DNA of 64,000 nucleotides from Reyranella sp. (GTDB lineage Bacteria > Pseudomonadota > Alphaproteobacteria > Reyranellales > Reyranellaceae), in the NCBI GenBank assembly GCA_035501235.1, contig DATJWN010000361.1, positions 11,948-75,947 on the forward strand. Reading direction: 5' to 3'. This document shows, one piece after another, positions 56,567-64,000 of the stretch. Every line of letters starts with the position of its first letter. The stretch's first letter is position 1. The translations under genes were made by a program, and so were the position numbers. The notes beneath the pieces are model-generated. The model worked only from the letters and a program-made list of their open reading frames with translations. It did not search any database and was not told where the DNA came from.

Positions 56567-57192
56567 GGAGGGGAATCCGTGTCAAACTTATGTTCGCCCC
56601 ACCCGGGCGCGAAGACTCCACTGGGCAGACGAGGCAGCGAACCAGTCAGATGCTCCCAGGCGGCCCCGGCGTAGTAATTGCTAGTGGTTGTCGATGGCGG
56701 CGGGTCCCGAAGGTATGATTCCGGTACACCGGGCAGCAGATAGTCCGGCAGCCGATACGGCACCTTTCGCTGGGAAAACGCGTCACTGAATTTGGTCAGC
56801 CTGGCAGCGACTTCTTCAGCCGGAACATCCGTCGTGAAAGTCGCCGCCTGTGTGGGATCTTTCACGGTATCGCCTTTTTCTCTGGTGTGCGCTTCGAGGA
56901 AACCAGAGGGAAGCAGACCCCGAACTCGCTGACCCGTTGGACCAGCTTCGCTTTTCCATTGCTTCCCACTGATATTGTCCGTCACGACAATATACCCGTG
57001 ATGGCCCACTGTCGTCTGATCTGTCCCGGTTTGAACTGGCGAGAAGCGCAACTCGATAGTTGTCGCGGGCGACCTGTTGAGATCGTCGTATTGGCCCGCT
57101 TCCGGCTGTGCGCTGCTATTCAACAAGGTTGGGCCGACGCCATTCCGCGGCGGCACGTAGGTAGAGGGTTTGCTTGCCGGTGGAATACCCAT
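56563..57192 (-). CDS. Hypothetical protein (candidate polymorphic-toxin-like domain)
   Basis: AAAAGGAG ribosome-binding site before ATG 57192; GHHGYIVV, EAGP, VPY...TSNYYA; lower GC than the flanks. Confidence 0.6.
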   Translation of the reverse strand: MGIPPASKPSTYVPPRNGVGPTLLNSSAQPEAGQYDDLNRSPATTIELRFSPVQTGTDQTTVGHHGYIVVTDNISGKQWKSEAGPTGQRVRGLLPSGFLEAHTREKGDTVKDPTQAATFTTDVPAEEVAARLTKFSDAFSQRKVPYRLPDYLLPGVPESYLRDPPPSTTTSNYYAGAAWEHLTGSLPRLPSGVFAPGWGEHKFDTDSPP

Positions 57193-57255
57193 GGTGTGCT
57201 CCTTTTGGAGCATCCCAAAGTCGGGTCCCTTGCCGCCTCGATTCTGATCAATGGA

Positions 57256-58467
57256 CTACGGTGAAGCCTTCAGTCCCAACGACGCCAGATAGCCTTGGCG
57301 AATTTCTGCGAATGGAAGCCCGGCGCCGCGCAGATATTCGCGGATCGCGAAATCGACCAGCACGGCATCGGGCCGCTGCGCACGTCGGCCGTCGGCGAAG
57401 GCGGCGATTTCGTCCCAGCCTTCGGGCTTGTTGATCGACACCACGGTCGAGGTCGAGTCGAGGTTCTTGTAGGTCCAGAACGACCAGCCGATGCCGTGCG
57501 CCTCGTGCAGCTTGCGGAACTCGGCGTTCCATTCGTCGGTCAGCTCGCCGGTCTCTCCCAGGAACAGCGGAACGTTGTAGCGCTCGGAAAAGTTCAGATG
57601 ACGCTGAATGGAATCGCGCCGCGTGCTCGCCCAGAACGAATGATAGGAATAGGCGAGGTTCTTGGCGAAAGGCGCGCCCAGCATCTCGAAGCTCGAGGCC
57701 CACTGACCGCCTTCGAGGATGACGATCCTGCCGGGATCGACGGCGCGGATGGCCTCGGTCAGGCGCTGGTAGAAGGGCTGCAGCCGGGGATTGAGCGTGT
57801 CGACCTCGTGATAGGGCGCGATCGGCTCGTTCAGCAGGTCGTAGCCCAATATCTCCGGCCGCCCGGCATAGCGCTTGGCGATCGCCTGCCACAGCTTCAC
57901 CGTGAGATCGCGGTCGCGCGGCACGTAGAACATCAGCGGATAGCCCGGCCCGTCGTCGTGATTGATGCCGGTCTGGCCGCCGGGCGCCGCATGCAGGTCG
58001 AGGATCACATAGAGATGGGCGTCGCGCGCCCAATCGAGCACGCGGTCGAGCAGCGCCCAGCCCTCGCCCTTGATCTCGCCGTCGTCGGTCATGAACAGCC
58101 CGTAGTGCAACGGGATGCGCACGGTGTTGAAGCCGACCGACTTGATGAAGTCGATGTCCCATTGGGCGATGTAGCGGTCGCGGAACGTCTTCCAGAACGC
58201 CGCTGCCTGCTCAGGGCCGAGAAGACGGTCGAAGGCGCCATAGATCTGGTGCGGCGATTTCGCGACCTCGAACTTGAACATATAGCCTTCGGGCATCAGC
58301 CAGTTGCCGAGGCTGATGCCCTTGATGAGCAGCGTGCTGCCATCGGGCGCGACGAAGGTCCGGCCTTGCGTCTGCACCAACCGCCCCTGCGCCCAAACGG
58401 GCGGGCAAAAGCCGAGCAGGACGATCCACACGAGCAGCAGCAGACGCATGACGCGACTGTAGAGCAT
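57256..58467 (-). CDS. Secreted glycoside hydrolase family 5
   Basis: Signal peptide, GISLGNWLMPEGYM, GFNTVRIP, LDLHAAPGGQ, YDLLNEP (acid/base), LGETG (nucleophile). Confidence 0.93.
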   Translation of the reverse strand: MLYSRVMRLLLLVWIVLLGFCPPVWAQGRLVQTQGRTFVAPDGSTLLIKGISLGNWLMPEGYMFKFEVAKSPHQIYGAFDRLLGPEQAAAFWKTFRDRYIAQWDIDFIKSVGFNTVRIPLHYGLFMTDDGEIKGEGWALLDRVLDWARDAHLYVILDLHAAPGGQTGINHDDGPGYPLMFYVPRDRDLTVKLWQAIAKRYAGRPEILGYDLLNEPIAPYHEVDTLNPRLQPFYQRLTEAIRAVDPGRIVILEGGQWASSFEMLGAPFAKNLAYSYHSFWASTRRDSIQRHLNFSERYNVPLFLGETGELTDEWNAEFRKLHEAHGIGWSFWTYKNLDSTSTVVSINKPEGWDEIAAFADGRRAQRPDAVLVDFAIREYLRGAGLPFAEIRQGYLASLGLKASP

Positions 58468-58607
58468 GATCCGTTCGGCAGGAATCAGCCGAGCGGATCA
58501 TGCCTGCGGTCGAGGCGCCTCGATCAACGCGTTTCCAGTCAGATGGAACCGCTGAGGCGGTTCCATCTGACTGGAAGCCGCACTAGCAGACGAATAAGGT
58601 CGGGCCG

Positions 58608-59792
58608 ATGCTTCTTGCCGCCCTGCTCCTGCCGGTCGCGGTCGCGGCCCTGGTGCTCGCGGTCCAGCGCTTCGGCATCCCCGTCTTCCTCGCGATCATG
58701 GCCGTGGTGATGGGCTACGGCGTCGCCGCCGACATGACCTGGCAATCGATCGGCAAGGCTTTCGGCCTGGGCTTCGTCGATGCGCTGGAGCAGACCGGTT
58801 TGCTGGTGATGGCCGGAAGTCTCGTGGGCGCGCTCTTGCTCAAGCGGCCGCTGACGAGCGCCGGCAGCCTTGTGGCCGGTATTGTCGCCGGCCTGGGCGG
58901 CACGGCGCCGGGGGGCCTCGCCCTGCTGCAGCCGGCAGCGGATGGCGTGCCAAGACGGGCGCTGCTTCTCGCGCTCGTCCTGCTCCTCGTGCACGCCCTG
59001 CTCGTGCCCTCGCCGCTTGCCGTCGCGTCGATGTCGGTGATGAAGGCCGATCTTCGCATGGCGCTCGCCGTCGGCCTGCCGGCCGCCGTCATCGGCGCGC
59101 TCGTGGCCTGGCTGCTGGCGCGACGCCTGCCCGACGGCGAAAGCGGCGCGCCGTCCGTCGGCTGGCTCGCCATCGCCCTGCCGCTCGCCCTGCTGCTCGT
59201 GCAGTCGATCGCCCAGATGCCGACCGAACCGCTCGGCAAGGGTGGCGCGCGCGAATTCTATACCGGCATCAGCCATCCGCTGGTGCTGGCGATGCTCGCG
59301 ATCGTGCTGGCGATGCTGCTCTCACGCCGCTGGCAACCGACGGTGCTGGCCGACACGGGCTGGGCGCCGCTGTTGCTTGCCGTCGGTGCCGCGGGCGGCT
59401 TCGCGCGTGTGCTCGACGAAACCGGTATGGCCGAGCTGTGGGCCGAGCGCTTCGCCGATCCACGCCTCGGCCTGCTCGCGCCCTTCCTCGCCGCCGCGAC
59501 GGTGAAGACCTTGCAGGGCAATTCGCTCAGCGCCGTGCTCACCGCCTCGGGCATGATCGAGCCGCTGCTACCCCGGCTCGGACTCGACAGTGCCACGGGG
59601 CGCGCGCTCGCCGCGGCCGCCGTCGGCGCGGGCTCGATCGCGATCTGCCACGTCAACGATCCCTTCTTCTGGATCGCCGCCGGCATGATGCGGCTGCCGC
59701 CCGGCCGCGCGCTGCTCGCGATCTCGCTCGGCAGCCTGCTCGTCTCCATCGCGGCGCTGGGTGTCCTCGCCACGCTCGGCGTGATCCTGTGA
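58608..59792 (+). CDS. GntP-like (gluconate/H+ symporter family) permease
   Basis: Highly hydrophobic; LLVPSP, GAAGGFARVL, KTLQGNS, CHVNDPFFW. Confidence 0.75.
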   Translation: MLLAALLLPVAVAALVLAVQRFGIPVFLAIMAVVMGYGVAADMTWQSIGKAFGLGFVDALEQTGLLVMAGSLVGALLLKRPLTSAGSLVAGIVAGLGGTAPGGLALLQPAADGVPRRALLLALVLLLVHALLVPSPLAVASMSVMKADLRMALAVGLPAAVIGALVAWLLARRLPDGESGAPSVGWLAIALPLALLLVQSIAQMPTEPLGKGGAREFYTGISHPLVLAMLAIVLAMLLSRRWQPTVLADTGWAPLLLAVGAAGGFARVLDETGMAELWAERFADPRLGLLAPFLAAATVKTLQGNSLSAVLTASGMIEPLLPRLGLDSATGRALAAAAVGAGSIAICHVNDPFFWIAAGMMRLPPGRALLAISLGSLLVSIAALGVLATLGVIL

Positions 59793-60232
59793 AGCGCCTT
59801 GCCCTGGCGCTGTTGCTGACGGTCGTCGCCGTCCCGGCTCTCGGACAATCCTTGACCTGCGGCACGCTGAAAGCCACGGCCTCGCAATCCGCCTCGCACT
59901 ACCGATGGACGGTCTCCGGCCCGTCGGGAAACACGACGGAGACCGGCAGCCTGCGCGGTGCCCCGCATTTCGAATGCGTCAACGGCGCCGTCCTGGTCGT
60001 CGAGGTCACCTCGACCGCGGGCTATTCCACCTTCGCCGCCTATTTCCCCGACGGCACCGACATCGACTATGGCGGCGCGCAGATCGTGCATCGCAACAAC
60101 CGCTATGTGTTGCCCATCCAGGCCAGGGCTCGCATCGCCGCGCAGTTCCGTGCCGCCTTCGACTATCACTGCCGCATGGAAATGCCGGCGGATCCCATCA
60201 CACCAGCCATGCGAGCGGATTGCGCCTTCTAA
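59789..60232 (+). CDS. Hypothetical secreted protein, 147 aa
   Basis: GTG start overlapping the permease stop; signal peptide MKRLALALLLTVVAVPALG; four Cys; host-like codons. Confidence 0.65.
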   Translation: MKRLALALLLTVVAVPALGQSLTCGTLKATASQSASHYRWTVSGPSGNTTETGSLRGAPHFECVNGAVLVVEVTSTAGYSTFAAYFPDGTDIDYGGAQIVHRNNRYVLPIQARARIAAQFRAAFDYHCRMEMPADPITPAMRADCAF

Positions 60233-60270
60233 GTTCCCTCCCGCGCGAAACCGCTTTAGCGTGATCTACA

Positions 60271-61587
60271 ATGAATTCGGAGGAAATTGGCGCGCCACGG
60301 CGATCCGTGGTGCGCGAGCTGCTGGCCACGCCCGACTTCCTGCGGCTCTGGCTGGTCGGCGCCATGGCCAATGCCGTACGCTGGCTGGAGCTGCTGGTGT
60401 CGGGCCTGTTCGCCTACCAGGCCACCGGCTCGCCCGTCGCGGTGACCATCGTCGTGGCCGTCCGCCAGTTGCCGCAGCTCTTCCTGGGCGCCTTCGCGGG
60501 CGCGGTGTCCGAGGCGGTGAATCGCAAGCTGATCGTGATGCTGGCGCTGCTGGGGCCGGCCAGCGTCTCGACCCTGCTCGCGACGCTCGCCACGACCGGC
60601 CATCTCCAGCTCTGGCACATCGCGGTCGCCAATCTGCTGTCCGGAATCATGTGGGCAACCGAGATGTCGACGCGCCGGCGCATGGTGGGCGAAGTCGCGG
60701 GCGCGCACCGCATCGTGCCGGCGATCGCGCTCGACTCGGTCACCTCCGCCGCCACGCGCGCCATCGGCCCGCTGCTGGGCGGGCTCGCCTTCCAGTGGCT
60801 GCATATGCGCGGCACCTACACGCTGACGGCGCTGGCGCAGTTCGGCGGCGCCTTCGTGCTGGCGGGTCTCACGCACACACAGGTGACGCGCCGGCTCGCC
60901 TTGCTGCGCATTCCGGCCGAGATCGTGGAAGGCCTCGCCTATGCGCGCACGCGGCCCGTGATCCTGCTGGTGTTCGGCGTCACCATCGTCACCAACAGCT
61001 TCGCCTTCGCCTATTCCGGGCTGGTGGCGCCGCTCGGCCTCGCCGAGTTCCGGGTCTCGCCCGGCCTGGTCGGCCTGCTGGCGGCGGGCGAGCCGCTGGG
61101 CGGGCTGCTTGGCGGCACGCTGATCGCCGCGGGCTTCCTGCGCATGGACCGCCGGATCGCCTTCGCCGGCGGTGCCGCGCTGTTCATGGTCACCTTGATC
61201 GCGATGGCGCTGTCGCCGGCCTATTGGCTGGCCCTGCTCCTGCTGATCGCCGGCGGCTTCGGCACGGCGGGCTTCAGCAACATGCAATCGACCCTGATGC
61301 TGACGGAGGCGCCCGCCGAGATGCGCTCGCGGCTGATGGGCATCGTCACGGTCTGCATCGGCACGGGGCCGCTCGGCGTGCTGGCGGCCGGCGCGCTCGC
61401 CGACAGGCTGGGCCCCCGGGGCGCGGTGATCGCGATGGCGGGGCTCGGTCTTGCCGCCACGGCCTTTCTCGTGGTCAGCCTGCGCCGGCGGCCAGCAGCA
61501 GCTTTCCCGCCACGTGACGGCCTTCCAGGCGGCGATGCATCTCCGCCGCCCCGGCCAGCGGGAAAACCCCTTCGATCGGAATCCTGA
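60271..61587 (+). CDS. MFS transporter (MFS_3/macrolide-efflux-like)
   Basis: About 12 transmembrane helices, GAVSEAVNRK, RSRLMGI. Confidence 0.9.
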   Translation: MNSEEIGAPRRSVVRELLATPDFLRLWLVGAMANAVRWLELLVSGLFAYQATGSPVAVTIVVAVRQLPQLFLGAFAGAVSEAVNRKLIVMLALLGPASVSTLLATLATTGHLQLWHIAVANLLSGIMWATEMSTRRRMVGEVAGAHRIVPAIALDSVTSAATRAIGPLLGGLAFQWLHMRGTYTLTALAQFGGAFVLAGLTHTQVTRRLALLRIPAEIVEGLAYARTRPVILLVFGVTIVTNSFAFAYSGLVAPLGLAEFRVSPGLVGLLAAGEPLGGLLGGTLIAAGFLRMDRRIAFAGGAALFMVTLIAMALSPAYWLALLLLIAGGFGTAGFSNMQSTLMLTEAPAEMRSRLMGIVTVCIGTGPLGVLAAGALADRLGPRGAVIAMAGLGLAATAFLVVSLRRRPAAAFPPRDGLPGGDASPPPRPAGKPLRSES

Positions 61588-62458
61588 GCCAGCCGGCGCC
61601 GATGCCGGCCAGCACATGGTCGACGCCGGCCTTCCATTCGGGCGAACTCTGGTCGACATGGCCGAGATGCAGGCGGGTGAAGGTCTGCGAACGCGGCAGG
61701 ATGCGCTCGCGGATGTTCTTGAAGGGCTGGCCCTCCGCCTCGCCGATGCTGATGACGTGGCCGAGCTTGCGCACGACGTTGAAGGTGCGGTCGAGCATGG
61801 TGGCGCCGTAGGAATCGATCGCGAGGTCGACGCCGCGCCCGCCGGTGAAGTCGAGCACAGCCGCTTCGAAATCCTCCTGCGAGGTGATCACGACACGCGA
61901 GGCGCCGTATTCCAGCGCCCGCTTCTCCTTGCCCGGCGTGCCGGTCGTGCCGATGACCCGGGCGCCGGCCTGCACGGCAAGCTGCGTGCAGCAGAGCCCG
62001 ACGCCACCGCCGACGGCGTTCACCAGCACCGTATCGCCGCGCTTCAGGCGATAGACGGTGAACAGCATGTGGTAGGCCGTCAGCGCCTGGATGGGAAAGG
62101 CCGCGCCCGTGTCGAGCGGCACATTGGCCGGAAGCTTGATCAGCCCGGCGGCCGAGGCGGCGCACTTCTGCGCATAGGCGCCGCCCTTGTCGGGAAACAC
62201 CGCGACGCGGTCGCCGACCGCAACGCCCGTCACGCCCGCGCCGAGCGCGGCGACCGTCCCGGACACCTCGAAGCCCAGCACCATCGGATAGGTCATGGGA
62301 TGCGGATAGATGCCCAGGCGCACCTGCGTGTCGGCCCAGTTGCAGCCGGCATAGGCGACATCGAGCAGGACCTCGCCCGGGCCTGGCACCGGGTCGGGCA
62401 GCTCGGCGACCACGAGTTGCTCGGGGCCACCCGTGGCGTGGATCACGACGGCTTTCAT
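61475..62458 (-). CDS. NADPH:quinone oxidoreductase (zeta-crystallin/MDR family)
   Basis: MKAVVIHATGGPEQL, GFEVSG, LTAY, AVGGGVG, GKLLL. Confidence 0.92.
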   Translation of the reverse strand: MKAVVIHATGGPEQLVVAELPDPVPGPGEVLLDVAYAGCNWADTQVRLGIYPHPMTYPMVLGFEVSGTVAALGAGVTGVAVGDRVAVFPDKGGAYAQKCAASAAGLIKLPANVPLDTGAAFPIQALTAYHMLFTVYRLKRGDTVLVNAVGGGVGLCCTQLAVQAGARVIGTTGTPGKEKRALEYGASRVVITSQEDFEAAVLDFTGGRGVDLAIDSYGATMLDRTFNVVRKLGHVISIGEAEGQPFKNIRERILPRSQTFTRLHLGHVDQSSPEWKAGVDHVLAGIGAGWLRIPIEGVFPLAGAAEMHRRLEGRHVAGKLLLAAGAG

Positions 62459-62560
62459 GCGCTCCTCCCTTTCACGTCCTCGAGCTGTGCAACTTCCGTG
62501 CAAGGACTCTGGCACACCGCTTGCTGCCTCGATCCGTCTGCATTCGCGTAGGAGGTTGTC

Positions 62561-63640
62561 ATGGATATCGGTGTGTTCATCCCGATCGGCAACAATGGCT
62601 GGCTGATCTCCAAGACCTCGCCGCAATACATGCCCACCTTCGATCTCAACCGGCGGATCGTGCAGCGCGCTGAGCATTACGGCCTCGATTTCGCGCTTTC
62701 CATGATCAAGCTGCGCGGCTTCGGCGGCGAGAGCGAGTTCTGGGACCACAATCTCGAATCCTTCACCCTGATGGCGGGCCTCGCCGCCGTCACCGAGCGC
62801 ATCCGCCTCTATGCCTCGGTGGCCGTGCTCACCATCCCGCCCGCCATCATCGCGCGCATGGCCTCGACCATCGATTCGATCTCCAACGGCCGCTTCGGCG
62901 TCAACATCGTCTCGGGCTGGGCCAAGGACGAGTACGAGCAGATGGGCCTGTGGCCGGGCGAGGCCTATTTCGGCTACCGCTACGACTACAGCACCGAGTT
63001 CGTGCAGGTGATGAAGGAACTCTGGTCGAAGGGCTCGTCCGACTTCAAGGGCAAGTTCTTCCAGATGACGGACTGCAAGCTCTCGCCGCGGCCGAAGGAG
63101 ATCAGGCTGGTCAGCGCGGGCCAAAGCCCGCGCGGCATGGAGTTCGGCGCGACCTATTGCAACTACAACTTCACGCTCGGCAAGGGCGTCAACACGCCGA
63201 CGGCGCACACGCCGACCAACGAGGCGATGGTGGCCGCCGCCGCCAAGACCGGCCGCGATGTCGGCAACTACGTGCTGATGATGGTGATCGCCGACGAGAC
63301 CGACGAGAAGGCGATGGCCAAGTGGAAGCTCTACAATGACGGCGCCGACATGGGCGCGCTCTCCTGGATGTTCGGCCAGGCCGACGCCGATCCCAACGCG
63401 GCCGAAGGCGGCACCGCCAAGGCGATCACGGCGCCCGAGGGCGCCATCAACTTCAACATGGGCACGATCGTCGGCTCCTACGCCTCGGTGGCCAGGATGC
63501 TCGACGAATGCGCCACCGTGCCCGGCACCAAGGGCATCATGCTGACCTTCGACGACTTCCTGGTCGGCATGGAGCAATTCGGCCAGCGCATCCAGCCGCT
63601 GATGAACTGCCGGCAGGAGAAGCTGAAGGCCGTGGCTTAG
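62561..63640 (+). CDS. rutA: Pyrimidine monooxygenase RutA
   Basis: [54 protein letters not shown]. Confidence 0.93.
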   Translation: MDIGVFIPIGNNGWLISKTSPQYMPTFDLNRRIVQRAEHYGLDFALSMIKLRGFGGESEFWDHNLESFTLMAGLAAVTERIRLYASVAVLTIPPAIIARMASTIDSISNGRFGVNIVSGWAKDEYEQMGLWPGEAYFGYRYDYSTEFVQVMKELWSKGSSDFKGKFFQMTDCKLSPRPKEIRLVSAGQSPRGMEFGATYCNYNFTLGKGVNTPTAHTPTNEAMVAAAAKTGRDVGNYVLMMVIADETDEKAMAKWKLYNDGADMGALSWMFGQADADPNAAEGGTAKAITAPEGAINFNMGTIVGSYASVARMLDECATVPGTKGIMLTFDDFLVGMEQFGQRIQPLMNCRQEKLKAVA

Positions 63641-63919
63641 GCGCGTTCATACGCGCCGGCCGGCAGCAGCGCCTTCTGAGGCGCGAGAGCCCGCGCAGTT
63701 CGGAAAGAAGCGAGGCGCTGATACGCCTCTCGAATCCATTGATCAGAATCCCGACGGCCGGCGTCTCCGCGTTAAGCTCCGCGCCTGGAGACCCGGATCC
63801 GAGGCTGTTTGGCCGAAGCGCGGCGGCAGGAATCGTCAGGCCATAGATTCTGGCTAAATTTGATATGTTTAACGGTAACCTTTAGTAACTACTACTAGAT
63901 ATAGTAGCCGCCGCTGCTT

Positions 63920-64000
63920 CTACGCCGCCAGGAACTCGTTCCACTTTTCGGTGTAGTACTCGAGGTTCTTGGGCCGCGTGTTCCACACGTAGACGCGCAT
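63920..64000 (-). CDS. C-terminal fragment of a protein entering from beyond the window (possibly an ABC substrate-binding protein)
   Basis: Open frame ...VYVWNTRPKNLEYYTEKWNEFLAA-TAG with coding-like codons. Confidence 0.5.
   Translation of the reverse strand: MRVYVWNTRPKNLEYYTEKWNEFLAA

Noticed and set aside
61475-63577. 700-aa ORF suggesting an N-terminally extended oxidoreductase
   Set aside because: The first part is the antisense of rutA; the real gene starts at 62458 after a GGGAGGAG ribosome-binding site.
63860-63910. AT-rich patch with TTAAC and a CTACTA/TAGTAG inverted repeat considered as a CtrA site
   Set aside because: No TTAA-N7-TTAA spacing on either strand; it lies between convergent genes and may only be a weak terminator region.

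Overview
High-GC core-chromosome segment of an Alphaproteobacterium; gene content and order suggest a Reyranella/Rhodospirillales-like organism (inference). Most of it is housekeeping: the conserved minus-strand nfuA-tsaB-rimI-fur-olsB-olsA-miaB-phoH-ybeY-corC-lnt-XRE(phrR/praR-like)-metK string, metXW, chorismate mutase-hisC-tyrA, regBA, pyrC, gloB, rutA, tRNA-Gly(CCC) and two SAM-II riboswitches. No integrase, transposase, prophage or CRISPR array was seen. The least ordinary items are: (1) a thioredoxin-fold gene split by an in-frame TGA exactly at the catalytic Cys position (WASW-U-GC) with a SECIS-like hairpin, a probable unannotated selenoprotein, directly upstream of a Cys-rich DUF3299-like/Tat-like/dipeptidase fusion; (2) two paralogous C-rich-loop small-RNA-like elements sharing an identical 37-nt hairpin and flanking a TetR gene; (3) an exact 17-nt AT-rich box (TGCAAAAATGCATATCT) upstream of that TetR, of the second RNA and of the XRE regulator, pointing to a small TF/sRNA regulon; (4) a lower-GC orphan toxin/immunity-like pair; (5) a GNAT-metallophosphoesterase fusion and a stand-alone DpgC-like gene. 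All calls come from reading the sequence and recognising motifs; no database search or folding program was run.
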